From Bdellovibrio sp. (GTDB taxonomy: Bacteria; Bdellovibrionota; Bdellovibrionia; Bdellovibrionales; Bdellovibrionaceae), in the NCBI GenBank assembly GCA_036677065.1, contig JAKFBS010000002.1:640001-704000 (forward strand): a DNA stretch of 64,000 bases. Reading direction: 5' to 3'. Made by a program: the position numbers and the translations under genes. Positions 38,371-47,823 of this stretch are shown piece by piece. The notes below the pieces were generated by a model that worked only from the letters and a program-made list of their open reading frames with translations, was not told where the DNA came from and made no database searches. Numbering within the stretch: the stretch's first letter is position 1; every line of letters starts with the position of its first letter.

Positions 38371-40061
38371 AAAGCCTCCATAACATAGCCCACATTAATG
38401 TAGTGCCCTGATTGTGAAACGGTATTTGCGCTGGGGCTATTTGAGCCTTTAAATTCATGCTCGCTCTTTTTAAAAAGATAGCCAATTTCAAAACGATCGT
38501 TACTGCCTGCGCGGTTAAATAAAGCATTAATCGAATAATCAATGCTTTCGCCTTTTTCTAAGGTTTGATCCTGAGACTTAGTCAGTTGATAAACTGGTTT
38601 TAAATAACCCACGCGAAAATCGACCGCATACTGGTCTAAATAATTATATTGCAAGCTTGCATTCAAAAAAACATTCAATAAATGCTGCGAATAAATATTT
38701 AACTGCGTTGCCGAAAGCGGATCAGTTGTTGCCTGAATAAGGCGATCTAACCCAAGGCCCGCGTTTAATTTAATAATCTGTGGGTATGAGTTATAGTATG
38801 AATACTCTTGGCCAAAACGAAAGTCGTAGATCAATTCGCCCTTATTCGGTAAATTAAAATAACCCAGATTTAATTTGTAATATTGATTTAAGCTATCGAT
38901 AAAGCCCGGATCATTTTTCGTGTAAGAAAAATTTAAAACCTGGCCACTGATATCTACAATCGAAGACTGTGACGGAAAATCTGATTTATAATCAATGCTT
39001 GAAGAAATTATATTAAAATTGTGGTAATACTGGCGGCTTTTGGCTTTTACTGTATCACGGTAAAACTTATTTTCTGCCACTAGCGTACGATCACCTGCTT
39101 TAATCGAAAAATCAACACAAGCATCAGTCGAATACAGCTTGGCTTTAATATGGGATTTTACGCAAAAAGTGTATTCTCCACCCGCCCAAGATGACGGAAC
39201 TCTAAAAGTTGTCGCATAAAAATTCGGCGCGCTAAATTTTTGCATTTCTAATGGATCAACGTTTTTTTGATACACGACAATCGCATATCTTTTAACATCC
39301 ATCACTTTGTGCCAGCTGATTTCACGAACAAACGTATTTGCCGGAGTAATTACGCGTGGACTAAATTTATCCTGTTCATAAACTTCTAGCGGCATAAGAT
39401 TGGCCGCAATAATTTTATTTTGCGCATTGCGAGCCACAACTTTTAACATATAAGAACCAGACTCTAAGCCTTTAACTTCAGTTTCCGCAGCTTTAAGATC
39501 TGTTAAAACCTGCTCTGGTGTTTCACTGAATATTTTGCTTTTTTTAAAATCACGCGTAGAGCTTAGTGGATTTATCTCAAAACGTTCGGTCTGATAAACC
39601 GAAAGCGCATAAGAAGCTGCATCACTGATCGGAGTCCATTGTACGAAGGCTTTATTCTGGTTTTGTAAGTCTTTGCTAATACCAGCTACATTGCCATCAA
39701 GATTTACTAAAGTGATCTTATAATCTTCAACTACGAACGAACTAAACTCACTCCAGTTAGATTCAGTTTCATCAGCAAAAGAAATTTTAAAACGAAAACG
39801 GTAACGCCCTTTAGCAAGATATTCTTGCCACTGAGGCGTAGCTTGTTCAAAACTCATTACAGCCCCGTGCGCCGGATGAATTTCGACGATATATTTTTTG
39901 GCATTAGGTTCAGCCTTAAGATTTAAAGCCACCTTGCGCTTCATCTCAGCATCAACTCTTTCACTCATATACTTGGGATTCGCCATCGTCGTCAGCGATG
40001 CAAATAATCCAAAAATCAAAATAAATGGCTTTGCACTAATTTTTGATTTCGACATTTTCAA
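38367..40061 (-). CDS. Secreted FN3-like repeat protein with predicted C-terminal beta-barrel
   Basis: Signal peptide; GRYRFR...SNWSEF, GSYMLKVVA, GEYTFCV; aromatic strands at C-terminus. Confidence 0.55.
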   Translation of the reverse strand: MKMSKSKISAKPFILIFGLFASLTTMANPKYMSERVDAEMKRKVALNLKAEPNAKKYIVEIHPAHGAVMSFEQATPQWQEYLAKGRYRFRFKISFADETESNWSEFSSFVVEDYKITLVNLDGNVAGISKDLQNQNKAFVQWTPISDAASYALSVYQTERFEINPLSSTRDFKKSKIFSETPEQVLTDLKAAETEVKGLESGSYMLKVVARNAQNKIIAANLMPLEVYEQDKFSPRVITPANTFVREISWHKVMDVKRYAIVVYQKNVDPLEMQKFSAPNFYATTFRVPSSWAGGEYTFCVKSHIKAKLYSTDACVDFSIKAGDRTLVAENKFYRDTVKAKSRQYYHNFNIISSSIDYKSDFPSQSSIVDISGQVLNFSYTKNDPGFIDSLNQYYKLNLGYFNLPNKGELIYDFRFGQEYSYYNSYPQIIKLNAGLGLDRLIQATTDPLSATQLNIYSQHLLNVFLNASLQYNYLDQYAVDFRVGYLKPVYQLTKSQDQTLEKGESIDYSINALFNRAGSNDRFEIGYLFKKSEHEFKGSNSPSANTVSQSGHYINVGYVMEAL

Positions 40062-41832
40062 CCTGCGGCGTGATAATTCCCTCTTTGCTGACGTTGTAAT
40101 CCGTCGGAGGAATCAGTTTAATAGAGATACCTTGTTCAATTTGCGAATTCTGGCTTGCTGGCAAACGGTCTTTTGAAAAGCCATTAGGCTGCAAATTCTG
40201 ACTTTCAAAGTAGTTAGTCAATTTTCTGTCTTCAAGGTGAAATTTCACCTGATAGTAATCTGTTGCCAGGCCTTTAAGATTTAATTTATCACCTTTATTT
40301 AGAACACCTTTTTTAACAACTTTGTTGTCTGCCGCAAGCACTTCAAAATGATAATCATACAATGATGAAATTGATTTTGGATCTACATTTAAGCTGTATT
40401 CACGATCCGTGATAATTTCTTTCTTTTTAGTTTTTTCATGTTTTGCAAAGGTTAACAGTTGTTTCGGTGAACGTTTCGAAAGCTTAAATTCCTGCTCTAA
40501 AGTTTTGCCTAAAATCTGCATTTTATTGTTAAACGGCTCAATTTTTACTTTAACCGGCGTTGCCGTATCAATTTTTACATTTAACTCTTCACTATCAACA
40601 AAAATGCTTTCTTTGACTTGTAAAAGTTCGCCTGATTTGTCTTCTTGTAAATAAATTAACGTGACTTTGTATTTGCTGACCGGCCATCTCGAATTTTTCT
40701 GCCATTGTAAATGCAATACCGGATCACGGTAATAAAACTGTTCAGCTTCTGCTGTTTCGTGCCAAGAAACAACATCAGAATCACTTTGGGCAATCGGGGC
40801 AAAATAAAACGCACGCGACTCACTATATATAGAGTGATCTTCGTTAAGCACGCGCCAGTAATAGAAACCAAATTCAGAGGGCTTGTAGGCCAGCTGATTC
40901 CTGTTGCCAGCAAACATCTCAGCGATCATTTGATTGTTTTTAAAAATTTGTACTTTGACTTTATCTACGTTAGCCGCTTTTGACCATTTTAAGATAAAGT
41001 CTTCAGGGTTAATCACATTATTAACCACTTCTTTGTCATCTGGGTAAATTAAGTTAATTTTAGATTGAAATTCGTTTTTCCAAAAATTAATAGCGCCGGC
41101 TTCTAGAACTGTTTCATTTTCTTTGACAACAGCTTGCCAGAAAAACTGCGTCATTGTCCAATCTTCTGAAAAGCCTCCCGCTTCAAACGGATAAGTTTTA
41201 ACAAGTTGCAAATTGTTTTTTTCAGCGCCTGCCCAAAATTCAACCCAGCGATTTTTTACTGTATTATCTGCTAACCATTTAACTTCAAGCTTAGAACCTT
41301 GCTCTTTCGCATTCAGAGCAACCCCGTTTAATTTAAAAATTGAATTTTGATCTGGTGACATCGGGCCTTGCATCGCCATTTCACCAAATTGACCAGAGTC
41401 ATTTTGTTCAAATAGATTTACAGCTTTTGTAGCCTTTGTTGTTAATGCAACAACAGAGCCTTTGCTTACGTAAAATTCTACTTTATCTGAATTCTTTTTA
41501 ACGATCACATCGCTATGAGGTAAAATTCTAAATTTATGTTTACCGATCTCTAACACTGTCGAGGCTTCAAGTGTTTTGATGCTGTCATTAGCTAGAACGA
41601 TTTGTCCATGCATGGCTAATGTGCCAGATAATGATTGTGCTTTTTTAATAAGTACTGGCTCACCATCAGTGATCAAATAACCTACGACTTCTAACGCACG
41701 ATTTGTAGCTTGTTTACTTAGATAAAAATTAGATAATTGAAAAGCAGCACCGCATACTGATGCAGTGGCCATAAAAATATATAAAAAGCTTTTCACGTTT
41801 TTGTAGAAGAACACAAGAGCTTCATCGGACAA
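40036..41832 (-). CDS. Membrane-anchored FecR-like protein with Ig/FN3-like domains
   Basis: N-terminal TM; NDSIKT...FRILPHSDV...SKGSV; GFYYWRV; start uncertain. Confidence 0.55.
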   Translation of the reverse strand: MSDEALVFFYKNVKSFLYIFMATASVCGAAFQLSNFYLSKQATNRALEVVGYLITDGEPVLIKKAQSLSGTLAMHGQIVLANDSIKTLEASTVLEIGKHKFRILPHSDVIVKKNSDKVEFYVSKGSVVALTTKATKAVNLFEQNDSGQFGEMAMQGPMSPDQNSIFKLNGVALNAKEQGSKLEVKWLADNTVKNRWVEFWAGAEKNNLQLVKTYPFEAGGFSEDWTMTQFFWQAVVKENETVLEAGAINFWKNEFQSKINLIYPDDKEVVNNVINPEDFILKWSKAANVDKVKVQIFKNNQMIAEMFAGNRNQLAYKPSEFGFYYWRVLNEDHSIYSESRAFYFAPIAQSDSDVVSWHETAEAEQFYYRDPVLHLQWQKNSRWPVSKYKVTLIYLQEDKSGELLQVKESIFVDSEELNVKIDTATPVKVKIEPFNNKMQILGKTLEQEFKLSKRSPKQLLTFAKHEKTKKKEIITDREYSLNVDPKSISSLYDYHFEVLAADNKVVKKGVLNKGDKLNLKGLATDYYQVKFHLEDRKLTNYFESQNLQPNGFSKDRLPASQNSQIEQGISIKLIPPTDYNVSKEGIITPQVENVEIKN

Positions 41833-41944
41833 AACTGTGTTATTTTATAGGGTTACACTCTTAATTTCAGCCTTAGGTATTGTTTAATTTTGTTAAATGT
41901 TTGCAAGAATTATACTCGCGCAACCAAGTCGCTGGTCTATCGGC

Positions 41945-42502
41945 TTACGACTTAAGGCCGCAATACTCGTCTCGGTCTGTATTCAGACCATTAGCTGCCG
42001 ACCGCAACCAAATATCTATGGTCTGCCCTCGTAAAAATGCAGAGTTGATATTTGTCGTTAATATCAGGCGCAAGTAATATCGGTCTCTGTATAGGTGAAT
42101 TGTTGCTGTACCTATTTCAGGAAAATTAATAACTCGGGTCTCGCGATCAAATGAATACCGCGCGGCAAATTGTTCTTCAAAATCTAATGTCTGAAAAGTA
42201 TATTCTCGGTAATTCGCGGTGTAAGTGCCATCGCGATTTAAATAAATATAAAACTGACCTGTTAAAATATCACTTTCGCTTTGCGTTTGTGGCACATCCC
42301 ACAAGATAGCACCGCCGCCAACTAAAACACGAAAAGCTAAACTTCCGTCGTCGCAAGATCCCTTTGTCTGATAAAATAACTCGTCTGGAATTCCAGCAAA
42401 TCGCTCTGCAACCCAACTGCCACCAAAAACTTTTTCACCGTCGCACGCAGTAAGAAAAAGCCCGCAGAGGACTGTAAAAATAGTCGTAAACAAATTTTTC
42501 AT
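41945..42502 (-). CDS. Hypothetical lipoprotein
   Basis: Lipobox LTAC. Confidence 0.65.
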   Translation of the reverse strand: MKNLFTTIFTVLCGLFLTACDGEKVFGGSWVAERFAGIPDELFYQTKGSCDDGSLAFRVLVGGGAILWDVPQTQSESDILTGQFYIYLNRDGTYTANYREYTFQTLDFEEQFAARYSFDRETRVINFPEIGTATIHLYRDRYYLRLILTTNINSAFLRGQTIDIWLRSAANGLNTDRDEYCGLKS

Positions 42503-42514
42503 TACTGTAATACG

Positions 42515-43390
42515 TTACAAGTAGTTTTTAATAACCGCAACTACCCACTCAGAAATTTCTTTAGGCGCAAATCCCAAAGAATGAGCACGATCGGTATTCA
42601 TAAACCAGTCTTCTTCCAATCCGTAAGGTGATTTTTCATCTGCTGTTAAAGCCTGCGAATGAATGCTGGCTTTTTTACCCACAGTCTTTTCAATCAAACT
42701 AACCAGATCTTTTAAGCGCATTGGGTTTTTTGAAGCCATATTTACCGGTCCAGTAAAATCAATATTTCCAAGTAAAAACAACCCATCGGCTGCATCTTGC
42801 GCATGTACAAAAGACATGCGCGCTTCAAGATTTGGAAAATACACAGGTTCACCGTTTTTAATTTTGTCGACGTAAAATTTTAAACGTTCGGTATAATCAT
42901 CTGGCCCCATCACGATCGGAAAACGCACGGCTACCACAGCCATTGCCTTTTGCGAAAAAAACACGGCTTCGCACTGACGTTTTGCTTCGCCGTAATTTTG
43001 TTCGCGAGTTAAAATTTTATCATACGTATGTGTCTTTGGGTCGAACACACTTTCAGATAAGTTTGCGCCAGGCTGATAAACCGACTGAGTTGATGTAAAA
43101 ATATATTTTTTAACTATGCCAGAAAAAATATCGCAGGCCGCTTGCGCTTGATGCGCATCGAAACACACCTGATCATACACGATATCCCAATTTTTATGTT
43201 GCACACTTGGTTTTAGTTTTTCGATGTCATCTCGATCGCAAACAATGCGCGACACCTGCTCACCAAAGCCATCATCTAAGTGGCCGCGGTTTAACACGGT
43301 CACTTGATCGCCGCTTGCAAGTAATTTTTCAATCAAACGTTTTCCAAAAAAACGATTGCCACCAATAACTAAAATTTGACGTGATTTCAT
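42515..43390 (-). CDS. NAD-dependent epimerase/dehydratase family
   Basis: ILVIGGNRFFG, YGEAK, RFPIVMG. Confidence 0.85.
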   Translation of the reverse strand: MKSRQILVIGGNRFFGKRLIEKLLASGDQVTVLNRGHLDDGFGEQVSRIVCDRDDIEKLKPSVQHKNWDIVYDQVCFDAHQAQAACDIFSGIVKKYIFTSTQSVYQPGANLSESVFDPKTHTYDKILTREQNYGEAKRQCEAVFFSQKAMAVVAVRFPIVMGPDDYTERLKFYVDKIKNGEPVYFPNLEARMSFVHAQDAADGLFLLGNIDFTGPVNMASKNPMRLKDLVSLIEKTVGKKASIHSQALTADEKSPYGLEEDWFMNTDRAHSLGFAPKEISEWVVAVIKNYL

Positions 43391-43432
43391 AGAAAATCAT
43401 TATGGCAAATAAAGTCAGCAGCGGCAAACACG

Positions 43433-43939
43433 TTAGCGCGATCGACGTTGAAGCCGGCTTGGATGCGGACGACTATACGAAGCCGAATATCTTTCTTGCG
43501 AATGATCATAGTCATGCTCGGGACGACGCAGCGGATATCCGCTGTCGCGGGCAAACTTACGATCGTAATCGCGCTCAAATTCACGATCATGACTAGCTCG
43601 GCGATCACCCGTGCTGCGCATTTCAAGGTCGCGATCTTCGCGGTACGATGGTCGTTGCATTGAACCACGGCGATCATCAGAATAATTAGCCGCTAATCCG
43701 CGCCCGCCCATTCCGGATCTGCGCCCTTCGCTGTAGCCTACTTCATCGTCCCCAAAATCCGAATAGCCTTCCTCTGAATCACCCGGCCCACTCAAATCAT
43801 AACTACGGCCCATGCCGCCGCGTCCACCTGAACGGCCATGTCCATAGCGTTCGTAGTCGGCATCTTCAATATCATCATAGTTACGGTATTTGTCGTAGTC
43901 GGCATTTCTGCGATCTTGTTGTTGTGATGTGTAACGCAT
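43433..43939 (-). CDS. Low-complexity R/D/Y/G/S-rich hypothetical protein
   Basis: RBS AAGGAG before ATG 43939; hydrophilic, probably disordered. Confidence 0.6.
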   Translation of the reverse strand: MRYTSQQQDRRNADYDKYRNYDDIEDADYERYGHGRSGGRGGMGRSYDLSGPGDSEEGYSDFGDDEVGYSEGRRSGMGGRGLAANYSDDRRGSMQRPSYREDRDLEMRSTGDRRASHDREFERDYDRKFARDSGYPLRRPEHDYDHSQERYSASYSRPHPSRLQRRSR

Positions 43940-43957
43940 AAAATCTCCTTTATAAAG

Positions 43958-45547
43958 TTACGAGTTATGTTTTAACCGTTCGGCCTGACATGGCCGCGCA
44001 TCCCTAGGAAGCGTCACGGTAAAAGTTGTTCCATCTTGTATTGAACTTGTTACTGAAACCTCACCACAGTGGGATTCAGTAATTCCTTTAACGATAGTTA
44101 ATCCGATACCCCAGCCGAGCTTGCCGCTGGCTTGTGCTGATCGACTGCGAGAAAATTGCTGGAAAAGACTTTCAATATTTTCTGGAGGTATAGGTTCTCC
44201 GCGGTTGTGAACTGAAATACTCACTTTCTCTCCTACCTCAGAGGCGGTCACCAAAACCGGAAAATTCTTTGTTCCGTATTTAACGGCATTGCTACATAAA
44301 TTTTCGATGATTCGTCTTAAGCCGCTGATGCTCCAATACCCTGAAGAAGCTTCCAGCCTGGTGCTGACAATAAATCGGTCACCGTAAAGACCAGCTAAGG
44401 TTTCAATAGATTCTTGAATCACTTGTTTTAAATCACAAGGTTCTATGTCTAAACTGATCAGGTGCCCTGAGCGAATCCGGCTTGTATCTAATAAATCCTG
44501 GATCATGCGTTGGCCACGTTCTGCATTGGCAGCAATTCTTTCAACGAGCTTTTTTTTCATTTGTTCGTCGTCTTTTTTTAACAGTAAAAGTTCTGCTGAC
44601 ATGCTAATAACTGAAAGCGGCGTACGTAAATCATGGGTTAAAGTATTGATAAACTGGTCTTTTAAATTTTCAATTTGTTTTTTTTCTGAAATATCAAACA
44701 TCGTGGCAATCACACGCTGCGGTTGATCGGCTGAAGCCGGAAATATAGCTCCGGAGACCATTGCCCACAAAGGTGTACCATCTTTTTGCAGATAACGTTT
44801 TTCAATATTCCAAATTTTTCCCTGCAAAGAATCATTGGGATTTACCAGTGGAAGTTCATTAATCATCAGAGCGCGGTCTTCAGGATAGGTAATATCTGCT
44901 GTAGTCTTCTGTAAGAGTTCTTGCGCCGTATAACCAAGCATATCGCAAAGACGTTTATTCACTTGTATAAAACGGCCGGTCGACTGATCGACGATAGCTT
45001 TACCTGCGGCGGCTAATTCAAAAACAGTTCTGAACACGGCCTCTTTTTCTTCGAGCTGTTGGCGAAGTTTTCTTTCTTTTTCAAAAGTAAGATTAGCAAA
45101 TTCACAAGTTGAGTGGGTTTGGGCTGCTTGAATTACATCAAAAATGATATCTCTGGAAATAACATCTAAAGCTTTTTCAGTTTCAAGAAATGCAAAAATA
45201 ACTTTACGAAGAATGTCGTATTCACGAATAACATGCTCGATGGTGTATGTAGTTTTTTTGACGCGATCTTCAGCGTGTTCTTGTGATACCGCGACTACTT
45301 TTTGCTGACCTTCGTGGTTGAATTTGCCTTTACTTAACATGTCAATCAAGTGATCTAAGAACTGAGGCAAAGAATCCAATAAATGAACTTTATTTTCACG
45401 CTGCGCCTCATTGAATTCAGCGCGAACAGTTTTTTCCCAACGCGCCATTATATCGTTCTTTGCACCGAGTAATCGTTTTGCTGCATCAAAAGAAGCTTCT
45501 TCATTTTTCACAGAGATAGAAACAGCAAGAAGTGGGCCTTGCTGCAA
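43958..45547 (-). CDS. Cytoplasmic PAS sensor histidine kinase
   Basis: PAS, THDLRTPL H-box, NAVKY, GWGIGL; N-terminal helical RsbRD-N-like region; start uncertain. Confidence 0.9.
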   Translation of the reverse strand: MQQGPLLAVSISVKNEEASFDAAKRLLGAKNDIMARWEKTVRAEFNEAQRENKVHLLDSLPQFLDHLIDMLSKGKFNHEGQQKVVAVSQEHAEDRVKKTTYTIEHVIREYDILRKVIFAFLETEKALDVISRDIIFDVIQAAQTHSTCEFANLTFEKERKLRQQLEEKEAVFRTVFELAAAGKAIVDQSTGRFIQVNKRLCDMLGYTAQELLQKTTADITYPEDRALMINELPLVNPNDSLQGKIWNIEKRYLQKDGTPLWAMVSGAIFPASADQPQRVIATMFDISEKKQIENLKDQFINTLTHDLRTPLSVISMSAELLLLKKDDEQMKKKLVERIAANAERGQRMIQDLLDTSRIRSGHLISLDIEPCDLKQVIQESIETLAGLYGDRFIVSTRLEASSGYWSISGLRRIIENLCSNAVKYGTKNFPVLVTASEVGEKVSISVHNRGEPIPPENIESLFQQFSRSRSAQASGKLGWGIGLTIVKGITESHCGEVSVTSSIQDGTTFTVTLPRDARPCQAERLKHNS

Positions 45548-45549
45548 AA

Positions 45550-45564
45550 AGGAATATCAATTGC
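45550..45564 (+). promoter_or_regulatory. Possible sigma54-like promoter
   Basis: AGGAATATCAATTGC (GG-N10-GC), 15 nt before ATG 45580. Confidence 0.4.
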
Positions 45565-45579
45565 ACGCAAAAGTTGAAT

Positions 45580-46551
45580 ATGGCTAAAACGCAGTTAGTT
45601 GCAGATCAAGATTATTTACCCGAGGTATTACGCCTGATCGGCAAAGCCAAAACTCACATAGATATCGTGTCATATTCATTTGCGATTGGCAGCTCAGCAG
45701 GCAAACACACTTTTTCATCTGCGCCCTACAAGATTGCTGAAAAACTTAAACATGCCAAAGAAAAACATCCGGATCTTAAAATAAGATTTTTTACCGAAGG
45801 AGTTCGTGAAACTTCAGTACGTAACAAAGTCACCGCCCAATATTTAAAAGAAGCAGGCATCACAGTAAAATTTGGGGCAACTCATGCAAAAGGTCTTTGT
45901 ATCGACAATCGCTACTTGTTATTAGGTTCTACGAATTTAACAAACCAATCCATCATGAAAAACCATGAAGCGAATATTCTGTTTGACGACAAAAAAACGG
46001 CCCATGAATTTGAACGCTACTTTGAACATCTCTGGCATAAAGGTAAACACGGAGGTATTAAGCTAAGTGCACCTCTTGCTGCCGATGGTGATTTTAAAGA
46101 CCAGCTGATTGAAATGGTCAATAACGCGAAAAAAAGCATCGAATTTTCAATTTACTTTTTTAATCACAAAGAAATTGAACAGGCTCTAATATCTGCCCAT
46201 CAGCGAAATGTTCATATCATGGGATTTATTCACCAGCACCAAAGCTTCGCTATGCCCTACATCTGGGCCAATCGTTCAACAGTAAAAAGACTGAAAGCCG
46301 CAGGTATTGAAAATATTTACTGGGGAAGACCTTATCTTTTTTCGCACGCCAAATACTTAATTGGCGATAAGAAAAATATTGCTTTAGGCACTGGAAACTG
46401 GCTTGTCGAAGACGTTAAAACCCATCCACAACTTTATATTTTTTTAGAAGACAGAAAACTCGCGAATGAGCTTTTAAAACATCTTAAAATTCAGATTCGT
46501 GAAGCTCAAAAAACAATGCACATAAACATGTACAAAAGAGGTTTTGATTGA
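45580..46551 (+). CDS. Phospholipase D-family protein with two HKD motifs
   Basis: HAKGLCID...GSTN and HAKYLIGD...GTGN. Confidence 0.8.
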   Translation: MAKTQLVADQDYLPEVLRLIGKAKTHIDIVSYSFAIGSSAGKHTFSSAPYKIAEKLKHAKEKHPDLKIRFFTEGVRETSVRNKVTAQYLKEAGITVKFGATHAKGLCIDNRYLLLGSTNLTNQSIMKNHEANILFDDKKTAHEFERYFEHLWHKGKHGGIKLSAPLAADGDFKDQLIEMVNNAKKSIEFSIYFFNHKEIEQALISAHQRNVHIMGFIHQHQSFAMPYIWANRSTVKRLKAAGIENIYWGRPYLFSHAKYLIGDKKNIALGTGNWLVEDVKTHPQLYIFLEDRKLANELLKHLKIQIREAQKTMHINMYKRGFD

Positions 46552-46985
46552 AAAAATTATTTCTTACCGGAGAAAATGGCTTTTTAGCGACAATTCCCAT
46601 GAGCATTGTCATGCTGACCTTTTTAAATAGAACGCCACCAAAACAAATAACTAAAGAAACTTTACAGGGCGCTGACATTTATCCAAGTCGTCGCTCTTTA
46701 AAACTCGCAAGTTTAATTGCTCATTTTGGTTTCGGAACCTTAGCTGCTCTTCCCTATATTTTTGTAAATACTAAAAAATCCAATAATGTTTTTATTAAAG
46801 GAAGTCTTTATGGATTAATTGTCTGGGGCACGAGTTATCTTTTAGCTTTGCCCGCTTTTGATTCGTCTGCAGCAGCACCAAAGATGTCAGCGAAAAAAAA
46901 TTTAACAATGATAGCTTCGCATATTGTTTGGGGAGTCGCTTTAGCGACCCTTTCACAGTATGCCGATAAAAATAGAAGTAGTTAA
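46548..46985 (+). CDS. Small membrane protein
   Basis: Several TMs; AHFGFG, GSLYGLIVW, SHIVWG. Confidence 0.6.
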   Translation: MKKLFLTGENGFLATIPMSIVMLTFLNRTPPKQITKETLQGADIYPSRRSLKLASLIAHFGFGTLAALPYIFVNTKKSNNVFIKGSLYGLIVWGTSYLLALPAFDSSAAAPKMSAKKNLTMIASHIVWGVALATLSQYADKNRSS

Positions 46986-47010
46986 TACGACAAGTGGGCC
47001 GAAGAACTTT

Positions 47011-47319
47011 CTACCCATGCGCTTTACTTTTAAAATTCTGCCATCTTGTCAAAGTCCATAAAATTAACTTTCCGATAGGCGCTTGCAAAAAAGGAACATC
47101 CAATGCCAGCAGCAGTAGACCAACAGGAACCATCCAAACTCCAAACACCGGCAGAACTCCCAAAGCTCCTGCAATAATCAATGCTAAGCCAATGGGTATG
47201 CGATAACGACGTGCCTTTGGGTTTTGGACCCAACGCAAAAACTTGGCAACGCGCGGAGAACTGTTGTCTTCCAGTTTTTTTAAAGACTTTTGAAGCTTTT
47301 GGCCTTCGCTTTCGTTCAT
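47011..47319 (-). CDS. Small membrane protein
   Basis: RIPIGLALII..LGVLPVFGVWMVPVGLLLLALDVPFL hairpin. Confidence 0.65.
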   Translation of the reverse strand: MNESEGQKLQKSLKKLEDNSSPRVAKFLRWVQNPKARRYRIPIGLALIIAGALGVLPVFGVWMVPVGLLLLALDVPFLQAPIGKLILWTLTRWQNFKSKAHG

Positions 47320-47335
47320 ATGTTAAAGTAGGGGT

Positions 47336-47350
47336 GCAAAAATACTTCCA
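47336..47350 (-). promoter_or_regulatory. Possible sigma54-like promoter
   Basis: TGGAAGTATTTTTGC (GG-N10-GC), 16 nt before ATG 47319. Confidence 0.5.
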
Positions 47351-47400
47351 CTGTACTGAGGGGCGAATACGGACCAAAATGAGACATATTTTGACCTTGC

Positions 47401-47430
47401 TTGACATGTGCACACAAATGCACATATTAT
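47401..47430 (+). promoter_or_regulatory. Sigma70 promoter with overlapping operator
   Basis: TTGACA-N18-TATTAT; inverted repeat ATGTGCA-N6-TGCACAT at 47406-47425. Confidence 0.75.
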
Positions 47431-47435
47431 TAATC

Positions 47436-47771
47436 ATGGCAATTACACAAAAGAAACAACAAGCTATGAAAGACCTAGTCGAAGTATTCGACTCACAATT
47501 TTTTAAAGCTATGGCTGAACCTGTGCGCATTGAAGTTTTAAAATTTCTTATGATCAACGGAAAGTCAGACGTCGCCACTGTCGCAAAAAGCATTCGTAAG
47601 GATCGCTCTGTTTTATCGCGCCATTTACATTTTCTTACTGAAGCTGGACTTCTTAAATACGAAAAGGTTTCTCGCAACTCATTCTTCGAAATAGATGCCA
47701 CCGGGTTTCGCGTCAAAGTTTATGCCCTATTTCAAAAGGTTGATCGCGCCATAAAAGACTGCTGCCCTTAG
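47436..47771 (+). CDS. ArsR/SmtB family repressor
   Basis: FFKAMAEPVRIEVLKFL, RSVLSRHLHFL..AGLL; ends DCCP; start ATG 47436. Confidence 0.85.
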   Translation: MAITQKKQQAMKDLVEVFDSQFFKAMAEPVRIEVLKFLMINGKSDVATVAKSIRKDRSVLSRHLHFLTEAGLLKYEKVSRNSFFEIDATGFRVKVYALFQKVDRAIKDCCP

Positions 47772-47787
47772 ATTTTTTTACATTATT

Positions 47788-47807
47788 GTGTGCATATATA
47801 TGCACAC
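47788..47807. promoter_or_regulatory. Second ArsR operator-like palindrome
   Basis: Perfect 20-bp palindrome GTGTGCATATATATGCACAC (TGTGCA-N6-TGCACA). Confidence 0.75.
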
Positions 47808-47823
47808 TTATAGAGGAGTTAAT

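Noticed and set aside
43387..43677. Alternative small ORFs overlapping the R/D/Y-rich gene
   Set aside because: No RBS or motifs; likely by-products of low-complexity sequence
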